DNA of 64,000 nt from the NCBI RefSeq assembly GCF_006345805.1, contig NC_043000.1, positions 46,128,001-46,192,000 on the forward strand, given 5' to 3'. The stretch is from Octopus sinensis (Eukaryota). The position numbers and the translations under genes are program-made. Within the stretch, counting starts at the first letter, position 1. Every line of letters begins with the position of its first letter. This document shows positions 1 to 12,412 of this stretch, piece after piece. A model generated the notes under the pieces. It saw nothing but the letters and a program-made list of their open reading frames with translations, did no database searches and was not told where the DNA came from.

Positions 1-413
1 AATTATACAATGCTGGCAATGGAAAATTGTTTACAGCTCATAGAATATTTACCTGTTTTTAATACTATAACATGGATATACATTTGTACAGAGCTAAATG
101 GCATGGCTTACTATATAGGAAAATATATCCCAAATAATCTTATGCAGCTTCTAGTTGGAAATATAAAATAACAAATTTGAAGACATAGAAATTCAGCTGA
201 ATATAATTCAATTATTCCTGACTGCATTCCTTATGTTAACCATAATGTGTAAAATAACAATGATTGTATTTTCTATTGTTGCATTCTGTTAAGTGAGACT
301 AAAAGAGTTTAAATGACAGAAATTCTTTTTAGAAACTTGAGCAAATGGGATTACTAATTCGTATTTTGTGTAGTCAATGATATGATGATAAATGCTATAT
401 GAAAGGCAAAGGA

Positions 414-637
414 AGGCGGTGAGCTGGTAGACACATTAGCACGCCGGGCTTAGTGGTATTTCGTCTGTCGTTACGTTCTGAATTCAAATTCTGCCGAGGT
501 CGACTTTGCCTTTCATCCTTTCGGGGTCAATAAATAAAGTACTAGTTTCGCACTGGGGTCGATGTAATCGACTTAATACCTTTGTCTATCCTTGTTTGTC
601 TCCTCTATGTTTAGCCCCTTGTGGGCAATAAAGAAAT
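414..637 (+). mobile_element. tRNA-derived SINE, family A (Meta-domain-like core, type A tail)
   Basis: Head GGCGGTGAGCTGG..GTTC(T)GAATTCAAA, core GTCGACTTTGCCTTTCATCCTTTCGGGGTC and tail GCCCCTTGTGGGCAATAAAGAAATA. The same sequence recurs many times in the window. Confidence 0.85.
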
Positions 638-955
638 ATATAAGAAGATGGACGGATGGATGGACAGATTGTTGGCTAGTTGGTTAGTTGTTTCTTTCAT
701 TACAAGGTACAACCTTTTTTTCTCAAACCAAAGCTACAACAAAATAAAAATGCTGATTCAAGTTTAAGAGAATAAGTCTACTTAACAGACTGAAAGTACG
801 AAGAGAGTTTTTTTAAAAACCTTCAACAGATGACACTGAGACTGCAGAGTAAGTAGACACGTTACTAATGTTTCTGTTGATATGAGGGTCTTTGTCATTC
901 TGCTAGTGTCAATGGCAAGGGATGAATGTTGTTTCTCATTATTTGATTAAGCAAG

Positions 956-1384
956 GGTGGCAAGCTGGCAGAATCATTAGCATGCCAGGCAAAATGCTAA
1001 GCAGTATTTCGTCCATCCTTACATTCTGAGTTCAAATTCCACTGAGGTCGACTTTACCTTTCATCCTTTCGGGGTCGATAAATTAAGTACCGGTTATGCA
1101 CTGGAGTCAATGTAATCGACTTAATCCCTTTTTCTGTCCTTGTTTGTCCCTTCTATGTTTAGTCCCTTGTGGGCAATAAAGAAATAGGAATCATTAGCAT
1201 GCCAGGCAAAATGCTTAGCAGTATTTCGTCCATCCTTACATTCTGAGTTCAAATTCCACTGAGGTCAACTTTGCCTTATATTCTTTTAGGGTTGATAAAT
1301 TAAGTACCAGTGAAACACTGGGGTCGATGTAATGAACTAGCACCTTCCCCTAACATTTCAGGCCCTGTGCCTATAGTAGAAAGG
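956..1384 (+). mobile_element. Head-to-tail dimer of family A SINEs (type A tail, then type B tail) within one TSD
   Basis: Two SINE bodies. The 18-bp direct repeat ATTATTTGATTAAGCAAG lies at 938-955 and 1385-1402. Confidence 0.8.
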
Positions 1385-2200
1385 ATTATTTGATTAAGCA
1401 AGTAAATCAACTGAACATATCAAGGGCACTCCTTAGATTGAATTCACAAAAGAGAAGGCAAATTGAAATTTTGATGTGTCTGATAATTATATTTTGTATG
1501 AGTTTCACATTTAACAACACAATTCACAAGGTTGATACCTCTGACAAGTAGATTATACTCTTTAACTCTGTTTCTTATTCATTCCTCTCTCTGCGATGAA
1601 GGAGAATAGTATGACATCATGATGCATAGGCTAAACCAAGTAACCTTCAAATATATAGAGTTTTAAAACTTTATGAAGCAAAAGGCTTTAATGCTGTGTT
1701 TCCCTTGGCAGGAGTATTCATTCTGCCAAGTATCCTTAAGTTCAAAATTATTTACGTGCCAAAATATTTTCTTTTGTGTTTGAAAAAAATATTCAAAGTC
1801 TGAAGCTAGATAAGAAATAACAATACTTTCAAACACAGATAAAATAGCATTTATATTATTCCTAAGTCAATAGATTGAACGAACAAATATATCAGACTTG
1901 GCATTAAATTTCTTTCTCCTCTACTCTTGACTACAAGGGTGATAAATATGGGAAAATGTTTTCCCTTCTATCAATAAAACCTTATTCTTGAAAAACAAAA
2001 TATATTTAGCAGCTTAAACTTTGTGGTTTCCATTTTGCACACAAATTTGTAGGTAGAAGTCAAGATAGACAATTTTTCTTTTTTTTCTTGTTTTGTTTTT
2101 CCATGAAGTGGAATGTTCAAATGTTGTCCTTGCCTAGGATCAAAAATAGCCTCCTTACAAATTGATGTGAAAATCATTTGTTTATATGTTTATATGTATT

Positions 2201-2231
<31 letters not shown>

Positions 2232-2261
2232 CCTATCTCTGTATCATACTTACTCACTCTG

Positions 2262-2430
2262 GTGGGTGGTTGGTGTTAATAAGGGAATCCAGTCATAAGA
2301 GCCCTGCCAAAGCAGACACAAAAGTCTGGGGCAGGCTCCCACTTGCCTGCACCAGACTTGCCTGTCAAGCCATCCAGCTAATGCCAGTATGAAAGGCGGA
2401 TGTTAAGCGATGCTGATAATGATGATGATG
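2262..2430 (+). mobile_element. (GAT)n-tailed LINE-3'UTR/SINE family fragment
   Basis: Degenerate GCCAGTATGAAAGGCGGATGTTAAGCGATG followed by a (GAT)n tail; matches other copies. Confidence 0.65.
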
Positions 2431-3075
2431 AGGAGGAGGAGGAGGATATATATAAATATATATACATACACTATTGACAGCAAGTGACTAGTTTTGTCTG
2501 AGGTAAAATCTCTTAAAGACATGCTGTGTTAAAAAACACAATGTATATGCTAGAAGGAGAGAAAATTGCTGCAGTAACAGCTAACCAGATGCATTTTCGC
2601 CTCCTGGCATTTCATCAATAACATATGCTTAGATGAAATTTATTATCTCTGATAAAGCAAATTAAATACACACACAGTACTACTTCAATTGAGTATGCTG
2701 GAATTCTATGCAGCCTAATGGCTATTTGTAATGTCAGTGAATGCATTATTCACTATTTCCTACATTGTGGGTAGCAAATTTCATCTACGAATATAGTTGT
2801 AAGTATATGTCATTGGCAAGGCCCAAAAAGGCCAAAATGCAACAGGCATTCTCATTAGCCACAGTCAAGACAATTTTTCATCTGCTTCTGTTTATATATA
2901 TATTGTGTTTTTTAACACGGCACATTTATATTAGATTTTATCTTGGATAAAAACTGCAGTATCTTGCCTTTCAACTGTGTATAAATATTAATATGATATA
3001 GCCAGTCTCTCTCTCTTTTCCTATGTATGTGTATGTGTGTGTGTTGAAATAAACATTATGGACTGGCTTTATGAC

Positions 3076-3114
<39 letters not shown>

Positions 3115-4896
3115 ATTCATTATGTTGCAGTAACCTTAACTTCATTTCTGATAGCATTTGAATATTGGATGGTAAAAATATACCACTTATAATATGACGG
3201 AAATGAAGAAAAAGTTTTGAAGGAAATATAAACTGAAGTGAGAGATATCAGAGAGAAAACACAAGAGCAAATAAATAAAATGTCAAAAGATATGTTATTG
3301 TGAAGATGAAAAATATCATTCAGTAAAATAGAATCAAAACAACAACAAAAATAAATAGAAAATGAAAATTGCAGAAAGAAACAAAAAAGTAAAAAATGAA
3401 GTAAAAAAAAAAGGCAACAACAACAACAGCAGTAAGAAACAGGTGATTGACTGGGGAAATTTTGAAGCTGGCTAAGATTATGAAATTAGATACTGACAGA
3501 AGTCAAAAAAATGTCAAAACTGATAGTATGAATATATGGGGAGTACCATGAAGACAGTAATTCACAAAAATGTAAATTTATAGAAGCCAGACTTACATGC
3601 TAAAGCACATCATATAAGTTACAAAAGATATTTTGACATGTATGAAAATATGTCTATACAACTCCTGTGTGTATTATGTATGTGAGTATGCGAGGCATAT
3701 AATATTGTGTATTTTACACATACATTCATGAATATTGTTAAATATGTATTCGTTTATCGACTGCTGAATGTTGACTGATAAAGATCACCCATGATAACAT
3801 GATAGATTTCTTGAGTTCTTATGCAAAAATTATGCTGTTATTTATTTATAATTATAAGCACATTTGGATATACAACAAATGTATGTGAATGAAAATGCTG
3901 TTTAAAGGTCAGATAAATATAATATGTACTGTCCAGTTCAAGATTGCTTAGACAAGAAATTAGATTTTGATGTGGCAGAAGAAAACCAGATCAATCCACT
4001 ATAAGTAGCTAAACTTTCAGTTCTATCATTGGTGTATTTGTTTATCATCTGGTTGTTATTATTGTGGGGTTTTTTCAGTTGTTGTTGTAGTTGTTGTTTT
4101 TATTGTTTTTCTAATCTCAGGTCAGCCTTGACTGAGCAGTAAACCTATGATCAAGGACATTCTAATTATACCCATGCTGTCTGGTTTTTAAATATTGTTT
4201 ATCTAAAGTTATATCTGACAAGTGGACTCCTCTATTTCCAGGATGGTTATGTGAGATTGGAGGAAGTTTTGGCTACACCAAGAGTAACACAAAATGCATT
4301 ACTAAATTAGGATATTACTTAAGGACAGATGTAAATATTAATAAAACTATTCGTTATTCGGCTCCAAAGAAGAGGTTAATAGACTAACAAATTATTATCA
4401 TAACGGTTTCAGATTTTGGAACAAAGCCATAATTTTTTTGGAGGAAGGGGTAAGTTGATTATATTGATCCCAGTACTCAACTGGTGCTTATTTTAAAGAC
4501 CCTGAAGGGATGAAAGGCAAGTCAACCTTTGTGACATTTAAAGCAAATTATCATCAAATTGGCTTCAAATTTTTGCACAAGACCAGAAAATTCAGGGGTT
4601 GGGGTGGGTTGATTACATTGATCCCAGTATTCAACTGGTATTTATTTTATCCACCCCAAAAGGATGAAAGGCAAAGTTGACCTCGGCAGAATGTGAAACA
4701 AATTATGATCATATTAACAATAATTTATCTCCAGTATTCAGGGTAATTATACTATTGGTTAGAATGTCTCACTGTGCTTTGAGTTCAAAACCTACTGAGG
4801 TCAAATGTACCTTCCATCCTTCCAAGGTCAGTAAAAAGGTACCAGTCCTGAGCAATGGATTAACAGAATTGTGAGAAGATGGAGAGCAACGTATCA

Positions 4897-5559
4897 TCCA
4901 GTGTCTGTTCTATTTCTGTACATTCTGACAACAATTCCAGTGTCTGTCCTAATTCTGTACATTCTGACAACAATTCCAGTGTCTGTTCTAATTCTGTACA
5001 TTCTGACAACAATTCCAGTGTCTGTCCTAATTCTGTACATTCTGACAACAATTCCAGTGTCTGTTCTATTTCTGTACATTCTGACAACAATTCCAGTGTC
5101 TGTCCTAATTCTGTACATTCTGACAACAATTCCAGTGTCTGTTCTATTTCTGTACATTCTGACAACAATTCCAGTGTCTGTCCTAATTCTGTACATTCTG
5201 ACAACAATTCCAGTGTCTGTCCTAATTCTGTACATTCTGACAACAATTCCAGTGTCTGTCCTAATTCTGTACATTCTGACAACAATTCCAGTGTCTGTCC
5301 TAATTCTGTACATTCTGACAACAATTCCAGTGTCTGTCCTAATTCTGTACATTCTGACAACAATTCCAGTGTCTGTCCTAATTCTGTACATTCTGACAAC
5401 AATTCCAGTGTCTGTTCTATTTCTGTACATTCTGACAACAATTCCAGTGTCTGTCCTAATTCTGTACATTCTGACAACAATTCCAGTGTCTGTTCTATTT
5501 CTGTACATTCTGACAACAATTCCAGTGTCTGTCCTAATTCTGTACATTCTGACAACAAT
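4897..5559. repeat. Minisatellite, 17 x 39 bp
   Basis: Unit TCCAGTGTCTGT(C/T)CTA(A/T)TTCTGTACATTCTGACAACAAT. The first unit starts at 4897 and the last at 5521; there are no spacers. Confidence 0.98.
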
Positions 5560-5950
5560 TCTTGTGATGACACCAGAGCCAAACTATATCTGTCCAAGTT
5601 GGCAACCTTTATGGTTAAACATAAATAGCATGGAGCAGAGAAATTTGCATACTTGGGCATGCATGCTAGTCTTCCAATAAAAATCTTGCTCAGCTTTTAC
5701 TTACAAGTGCATATGCATGGTTAACATTCGCTGATGGAGACTCTAAATGTAATATAAGTAAATAGTTTATAGTTTAGAGTGAGAACAAATTGTAAATAGA
5801 TTGTGGAACTTCAAAAATGTAATCTTGGTAGAATCATTAGATCATCAAACAAATTACCTTCTCGTAATTCTTTAAATGTTTGCATTCTGAGTTCAAATCC
5901 TGAGGTCAGTAAAATAAAGTACTAGAGATTCCATGCGTTCCACAAATTAG

Positions 5951-6305
5951 TGTCTGCACAGAATATTCAAGATCACTGACAGGAATAAAATCATGAATTC
6001 TGAAGTCCTGAGAAGTGCCAATCTGTGCAGTCTATGGGAAACTGTGGTGGATAGAACAGTGAAATTCGAAGGACATGTTTTCCAACTGCCAGAAGAATGA
6101 ATACCTATGACAACTATACAATCGATGCAACCAGGAGGATTAAGAGAGAAAGGTAAATCCAAGAAGATATGGTGCACCACCTTCAAAGATCTGAAACATC
6201 TCCAGGAAGATGCAGGCAATTATACTCAAAACCAGGATTATTAGAGACATATTGTTGACCAAAGTACAAGTTAATTGTACAGGAGTAACTAAGACCAGTT
6301 AAGTT
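5951..6305 (+). pseudogene. Decayed 3' end of an RTE-type LINE ORF
   Basis: Translation CLHRIFKI..NSEVLRSANL..KFEGHV..P..P..REKGKSKKIW..DL..RHIV resembles the C-terminal region downstream of RT in RTE-clade LINEs; multiple stops and frameshifts. Confidence 0.65.
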
Positions 6306-6560
6306 AACTAAATCATCCTCCAAATTTCTTGCCTTGTGACTCTATTAAAAATAGTTATTTTTATAAGTTGGTTTGTTCCTAGTTCTTGCTTTTTGGTACT
6401 AATGCTGCTGTTAGATATGTATGTGTCAATTAGAAAAGCAACTTTATAGTAAAGCAGATTAATTCCTAAGAAATACTAAACCAAATTCACTATTCTATGT
6501 TCCCAATATACAAAGCTGCTATGCCAATCTTCTCTTCCTCATGCATTCCATATATATATA

Positions 6561-7073
6561 TCTATATATATAAAACTGTAGTTGTGTGAGTGTCTGTCTC
6601 CTATGATTTAGATTCCTAACTACTCCCACATTTTGCGGTGCAGTTTAACCAAATTCGGGTATCTTATAGTCGTGATTCATATCGAACCCGTCTGAGTATT
6701 AGCGCGCATCTACGATGAGTCTACGATTTTAAAAATAATTTAACATTATTTTTTATTCCATTTTAATGCATAATTTTTCGTGTGTCGATGGCGGCGGAGT
6801 TGGCGTCCATGGTCACACTTGCACCTGTTTGCTTCTCCCCCTTCTTCCCTCCCTCATGAAGCTGTGGGGAAGGGAGTGTAAGGAAATTAACGTCGTAAAG
6901 CGTTGTCAAGGAGACCAGCGTTCTTTTAGAACAACGATTTCATGGCTTAAAGACACCAAAACAGAAATGGCTAAGAAAGCCCAAATTGGCATCTATAAGG
7001 GAAGTAACTCTCTAAAAATGCTTATATAGTTATTTCCCTTACAAACCCGAGCAACGCCGGACGATACTGCTAG
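6561..7073 (+). mobile_element. Non-autonomous Helitron
   Basis: 5' TCTATATATATAAAA and a 3' subterminal hairpin CCCGAGCAACGCCGG (7046-7060) followed by CTAG (7070-7073). Inserted between A (6560) and T (7074) with no TSD. Confidence 0.85.
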
Positions 7074-7330
7074 TATTATATAAAATCCGTTCTGTCTGTC
7101 TCTGTGTGTGTCTTCTAGGATCTCAGGCATCCTCCATCCGATTGTGCTCAAATTTGATATGTAGATACTGACGGTATCAGAGCGTGTATAAGTCTTGAAA
7201 AAATTACAAAAATCGATTCCAGGTGAGAATGCGATCGATAAAGCCGTGGGAACGTGCATTTGTACGTGCAAATACATCAGCTGTTACGATCGATACTACG
7301 TGTATGTGAGAAAAATGCATGTGCTGTTTG
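7074..7330 (+). mobile_element. 5' part of a second Helitron-like element
   Basis: TATTATATAAAATCCGTTCTGTCTGTC start with a CTGT microsatellite and CCGATT..AAATTTG motif, typical of non-autonomous Helitron 5' ends. No 3' CTAG/hairpin was found. Confidence 0.5.
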
Positions 7331-7754
7331 CACAAAAAAAGCCAGCTAGCTTGAAATAATGCCACAAAATGCAATATATTTAAGACACCAAAAAAGAAAA
7401 TTTGGTTTAAATGTTTGACAACTCAGCACAGTCATTGAACAGGGGACGTTTTGCTCATGTACATATATATATATATATATATATTGTTTTTTTTTTTGTC
7501 TCTGCATCCTCAATAGAATTTCAGGTAAATGATGGAAAGGAAAAACAGAGTCAAAACTGCATTAAAGTCAATCCATTTGGGCAAGCCATCTGCATATAAT
7601 TGAAGAATTAGAATGTGTATGTGTGTGTGTGTGTGTGTGTAAGAGAATGTTCATTAAAAAATATGCAACAGGTTAGCATGTTTGCAGGATTTGAGTAATG
7701 TGAAAGAAATTTTCAAAAATGAAAATAAATACACTAATTTAGCAATCCAGGAGT

Positions 7755-7778
7755 TATATATATATATATATGTATATA

Positions 7779-7828
<50 letters not shown>

Positions 7829-7870
7829 ATATGTATATATATATGTATATATATGTATATATTATATATG

Positions 7871-7946
<76 letters not shown>

Positions 7947-7947
7947 C

Positions 7948-7991
<44 letters not shown>

Positions 7992-8042
7992 ATATATATG
8001 TATATATATATATGTATATATATATATGTATATATATATGTA

Positions 8043-8088
<46 letters not shown>
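7755..8088. repeat. Long interrupted (TA)n microsatellite
   Basis: About 330 bp of TA with TG/CA interruptions; the source of several IY-rich ORFs. Confidence 0.98.
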
Positions 8089-8091
<3 letters not shown>

Positions 8092-8149
8092 TTCAACACG
8101 CACATTTTACATATTCATAAAATGTGTAATATGGTTACAATAACCATCT

Positions 8150-8325
8150 TAGAAATTTGTGCTTTGATGTTCATATTAAGAATTTATGGCTCTGGTTGTA
8201 TAACAGAAATTTGCATAGCTGCATCCTAATTAGAAATTTATGTCTTTGTGCTCATATTAAAAATTTGTGTCACTGTGTCCATTCAGAAAATTAGAATTTT
8301 TGGGGCTTTTGATCTCACCTTTAGA
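8150..8325. repeat. Degenerate tandem repeat, about 6 x 27-28 bp
   Basis: Units begin AGAAATTT(G/A)TG..; recurrence is visible at 8150, 8178, 8204, 8232 and onward. Confidence 0.6.
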
Positions 8326-8950
8326 GTATATATTTACAATCGTTATAACTATATTTAGTTTCAATCAACTCAGTATTGGATCTTCATGGTGGACAAAGAT
8401 ATAATTTGAGTTTGATAAATATTTATATTACTTGTTGATTAATGCCCAGGGAAGCTATAATCTCATATTAGATATTTTGGCCTTAATCAACTACCAACAA
8501 GGTGCTGGTAGTGTTTAAACTCAGTTCACCACTGATGAAGTTACACCTAATCAAAACCTTTCCATCTCTGAGTTTTTCATATTTTTCTCAACATTTTTTT
8601 GAGGATTACATTATATAATGCGTCTTTATCTTTTTTTAAGATGGTTGGGTTAATTTGAGGAAAACTTATCTGCTATTTCTAGCAGTTCAAGCAACTGTGC
8701 TAATGCTCCATTCTTGACTCAAATAGTGAATGCATGTATATCCTTATTTGTAAACTTTATTGCTTGTATGTGTAAATACATATTTAGATATTTGTCTGTG
8801 TAGTTGCATCTTTATTCCAGTATGTGTATGTGAATGTATGTGTATGTCAGTATCTTGGATAATTTATTTCACTTTGCCTAACATTGTAAACAATATTTTT
8901 TTAAAAAATAAATTGCAATATATATGCATACTTGTAAGTCTGCTGCTTCT

Positions 8951-9375
8951 GTATGTGTAATCTATAGATATTTTTGTGTGCTTACATCTGTTAGTATGTC
9001 TGCATATGTGCGTGTGTCTGTGTGTCCATGCATTTTAAGTATGTATACATGAATGTATGTGTAATCTATAGATATTTTTGTGTGCTTGCATCTGTTAGCA
9101 TATCTGCATATGTGTGTGTGTCTGTGTGTCTATACATTTCAAGTATGTATACATGAATGTATGTGTAATCAGTAGATATTTTTATGTGCTTACATCTGTT
9201 AGCATGTCTGCATATGTGTGTGTGTGTCTGTGTGTCTATACATTTCAAGTATGTATACATGAATGTATGTGTAATCAGTAGATATTTTTGTGTGCTTGCA
9301 TCTGTTAGCATGTCTGCATATGTGTGTGTGTGTGTGTGCATTTGAAATATGTATACATGAATGCATGTGTATACC
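8951..9375. repeat. Tandem repeat, about 4 x 104-107 bp
   Basis: TAGATATTTTTGTGTGCTT..ATCTGTTAG..GTATGTATACATGAATG recurs near 8961, 9065, 9169 and 9276. Confidence 0.9.
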
Positions 9376-10062
9376 ATCTCTCTGATAATATATTAAGCAT
9401 ACACTGCATTGTAAACAATGTTTTTAAAAACAAAAGCAAAAACAATTCAATCACAACACAGTTTTAAGTCCATGATACTTACACAGTACAAAGCACTACT
9501 CTAGATTAACTTATATCACACATCGTAAATTAGTTCATAATTTTTACACGTGCTGACAGATAAATTGTGTTAAATGTCTCTTTTCGTGTATATGTATGCG
9601 TGTATGGTAATGTGTCTGTAAAATTTGAGTATTCATGTACTGTTGTGTCATGTTTGCATGTATTTCATTCCATTCATCTTTTATGTACTTTTGCTTATAA
9701 TTAACACATCATATGATTTGTACATTCCTACAAGAAAGCTGACAGAATCGTTAGTGCACTGAGAAAAATATGTAATACCATTTCTTCCAACTTTCTACAT
9801 TCTGAGTTCAAATTCTGCCAAAGTCAACTTTGTGTTTCGACCTTTTGGGGTCAATAAAATAAGTACCAGTCAATAACTGAGATCTATGTAATTGAATGTC
9901 AACATCTCCCTAAGAAAGTTGCTGGCCTTGTGTCAAAATCCAAACTCGTTATGAAGAGAATTACTATTAGACATGCACAAGTCAGTGGATATTCAGTTAC
10001 TTACATGTCAATTTAACAAGTAGGTAATTCCGTCAATCATACAGGTGGATGCTCATTTCTTT

Positions 10063-10542
10063 TAATCACTTAGCATTCAGGTCACTTTGTTAAATGTAAT
10101 TCTTATTTATTCACAATGCTTTGAGTGAATCACAAATTATCACATAGTTTTAAGAGGTTTGTGTGACTGCTTCTTTTTAGCTTGACAATGTAGTGTTGGT
10201 GTGAGAGGCTGGATGTGATCAATTTGAACATAAAACAGGTAGAATGTCATCATCATCATCATCATCATCATCATCGTTTAACGTCTACTTTCCATGCTAG
10301 CATGTGTTGGACGGTGCAACTGGGGTCTGGGAAGCCAGAAGGCTGCACCAGGCCCAGTCTGATCTGGCAGTGTTTCTACAGCTGGATGCCCTTCCTAATG
10401 CCAACCACTCCGTGAGTGTAGTGGGTGCTTTTTATGTGCCACCGGCACAGGTGCCAGATGAGGCTGGCCAACGGCCACGATCGGATGGTGCTTTTTATGT
10501 ACCACAGATCAAATATTGTCAGCTTAAATGCTTAAGGGTCAA
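10063..10542. mobile_element. piggyBac-like (TTAA) MITE interrupted by a (GAT)n-family insertion
   Basis: Same body as the uninterrupted copy at 62464-62688; ends resemble TTAACCCTTTAGCATT / AATGCTTAAGGGT. Confidence 0.6.
10248..10503 (-). mobile_element. (GAT)n-tailed family copy
   Basis: (CAT)n-CGTTTAACGTC..TTTCCATGCTAGCATG on the plus strand. Confidence 0.85.
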
Positions 10543-11336
10543 CCATTGTCACTTTTAATCTTGGATGACTTAGCCACATATAGCATACCTTTGAAAAATA
10601 TTTTAGATGCTCATGTGACTGTGAGCAGACTCATATATCTTCTTTGCTCTTCCAACCTTAACTCTGCAGAACATCTAGGATGTAGCAACTGGAAGAAGAG
10701 CAAGCTGCATCAACACTGAGATGTTACCATGGCAGTATAGGCCCCCAGGTAAATCAATGTATTGGGTCATAAAGCAGTCATTTATTGACAATATGCCAAG
10801 GAATACATAAATTAGATTTGGGCTTCTTGACCCATGAAACCCTTGCCCTGGTTTACTACCCACGGTGTCCATACCTTTAGATGGCTCTAGTGGATACTTT
10901 TTTGCTAACAAAAAAAGAGTGAAAAGCAAAGTTGAACTTAATAGGATTGAAGCTCTGAGAGTTAGAAGTAATATTTCAATGTATTCTATTCGACTTAACT
11001 CTGTCGACTGAAAACATTAAGTACCAGAGATATACAATGCTCTTTATCTGGTTGCTTATACTCCTCTCCTATAAATGTTGTGAGTCCTGAAGCAATTTAA
11101 AATATGATTATTTTTTCCTCATTCCAAGGTAGTTAAGATAAGTTGCTGTTAAATATTAGGTTGTGTGTGTCAATTAAGTCAATTACACTCTTCCTTCTAA
11201 AGCTGACACTTCTTGTTCATGATAGAAACCATTATCATTATTCATGAAGATTTTTTGGTAAAAGCCACATGTTCTCAAAGATGTTTTGTATAAATGTGTG
11301 TATGTACTTATATATATATATATATATATATACGCC

Positions 11337-11487
11337 CCTTTGGCGTTAGGAAGGGCATCCAGCTGTAGAAACACTGCCAGATCAGACTGGTGCAGCCTCC
11401 TGGCGTCCCAGACCCCGGTCGAACCGTCGAACCCGTGCTAGCATGCAAAACGGACGTTAAACGTTGATGATGATGATGATGATGATA
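11337..11487 (+). mobile_element. (GAT)n-tailed family copy, 5'-truncated
   Basis: TTGGCGTTAGGAAGGGCATCCAGCTGTAGAAAC...GGACGTTAAACG followed by (GAT)n. Confidence 0.85.
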
Positions 11488-11637
11488 TATAGTGTAAATA
11501 AAATAAAATAATGAATAAAAAAAGAATGGAAATACAGAAGGAATGGACAAAGTTTAACAAATAGTATGTTAACTTAACCCTTTAATAGACTGGAAAAGTG
11601 TGTTAAACTTTCCTGACATTAGTCTTTCACCAGAAGA

Positions 11638-11694
<57 letters not shown>

Positions 11695-12412
11695 TGATAG
11701 AGGGAGTGTGGGTGCATAAATGCAAGTATAGGAGTGTATCTACGTTTCGAAGCAGTTTTGAGGGAGAGTGGTGTCAGAATGTTTTAGTGGAGTATGTGTA
11801 TATAGCAGTGCATGACTACATTATTAAATGTGTCCTTCATTTTTTTTCTTAGTACAATTGACTATTTCTGGCAGTTCAAGCAACTACATAGAGGTTTCTC
11901 CATTGAGTCTTGTGACTGACACAAACAATAGCATTCTGAATGAAATATTCTGCAGTATTTAATTAGGTTCGTTTATGTTTTCAGATCCAGTTCTCTCATT
12001 GTTGATTTTGGCTTTCATTCTTCCAAAAGCTTCATCAGCATTATCTTTGTTGACATCATAATCATCATCATCATCATCATCATTTTTATAATTTTTATAT
12101 CTGCTTTTCCATGCTGGCATATAGTTGAATGGGACTTCTTGAGGTAATCTTTTACAGCTAAATACCCTTGATGATACTAACCCTTTTAGCTACCTCTTAC
12201 AACAATAGAGTATGCCATTCAAGAATTTGGACCTGGGGATCTCCATTTCCAGCGACTTCGAGGGCCACTTCCCAGTGGTGTTGGGCGTCAACGAAGAGCC
12301 CTCGACTACAACAAGACGACCAAAGTTTCTTTTTTTTTCCCAAGGTCTGGGGTCTCCCGCCCCTAAGCCCTAGACCATCACTTAATCACCCGTCTTGTTG
12401 CTTAACAACATA

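Noticed and set aside
414-500. tRNA genes (A/B-box-like heads throughout the window)
   Set aside because: All are SINE heads continuing into SINE bodies; no cloverleaf with an acceptor stem was found.
789-848. Possible exon ending at GTAAGT (849)
   Set aside because: The longer version is closed in all frames unless a T homopolymer is one base shorter; the 19-nt version cannot be supported.
4897-5559. CRISPR-like array
   Set aside because: Units are contiguous with no unique spacers, the context is eukaryotic, and there are no cas genes.
7654-8229. Long IY/HT/CV-rich ORFs here and at 20704-21359, 30429-31205, 37450-37992, 38804-39187 and 41836-42117
   Set aside because: They are translations of dinucleotide and trinucleotide microsatellites.
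10670-10748. Exon-like segment with a strong acceptor and GTAAAT donor
   Set aside because: Stop codons in all three frames.
12255-12376. Pistol ribozyme resemblance (GAGGGCCAC ... TAAGCCCTA)
   Set aside because: The P1 5' strand and the spacing required for a pistol fold are absent.
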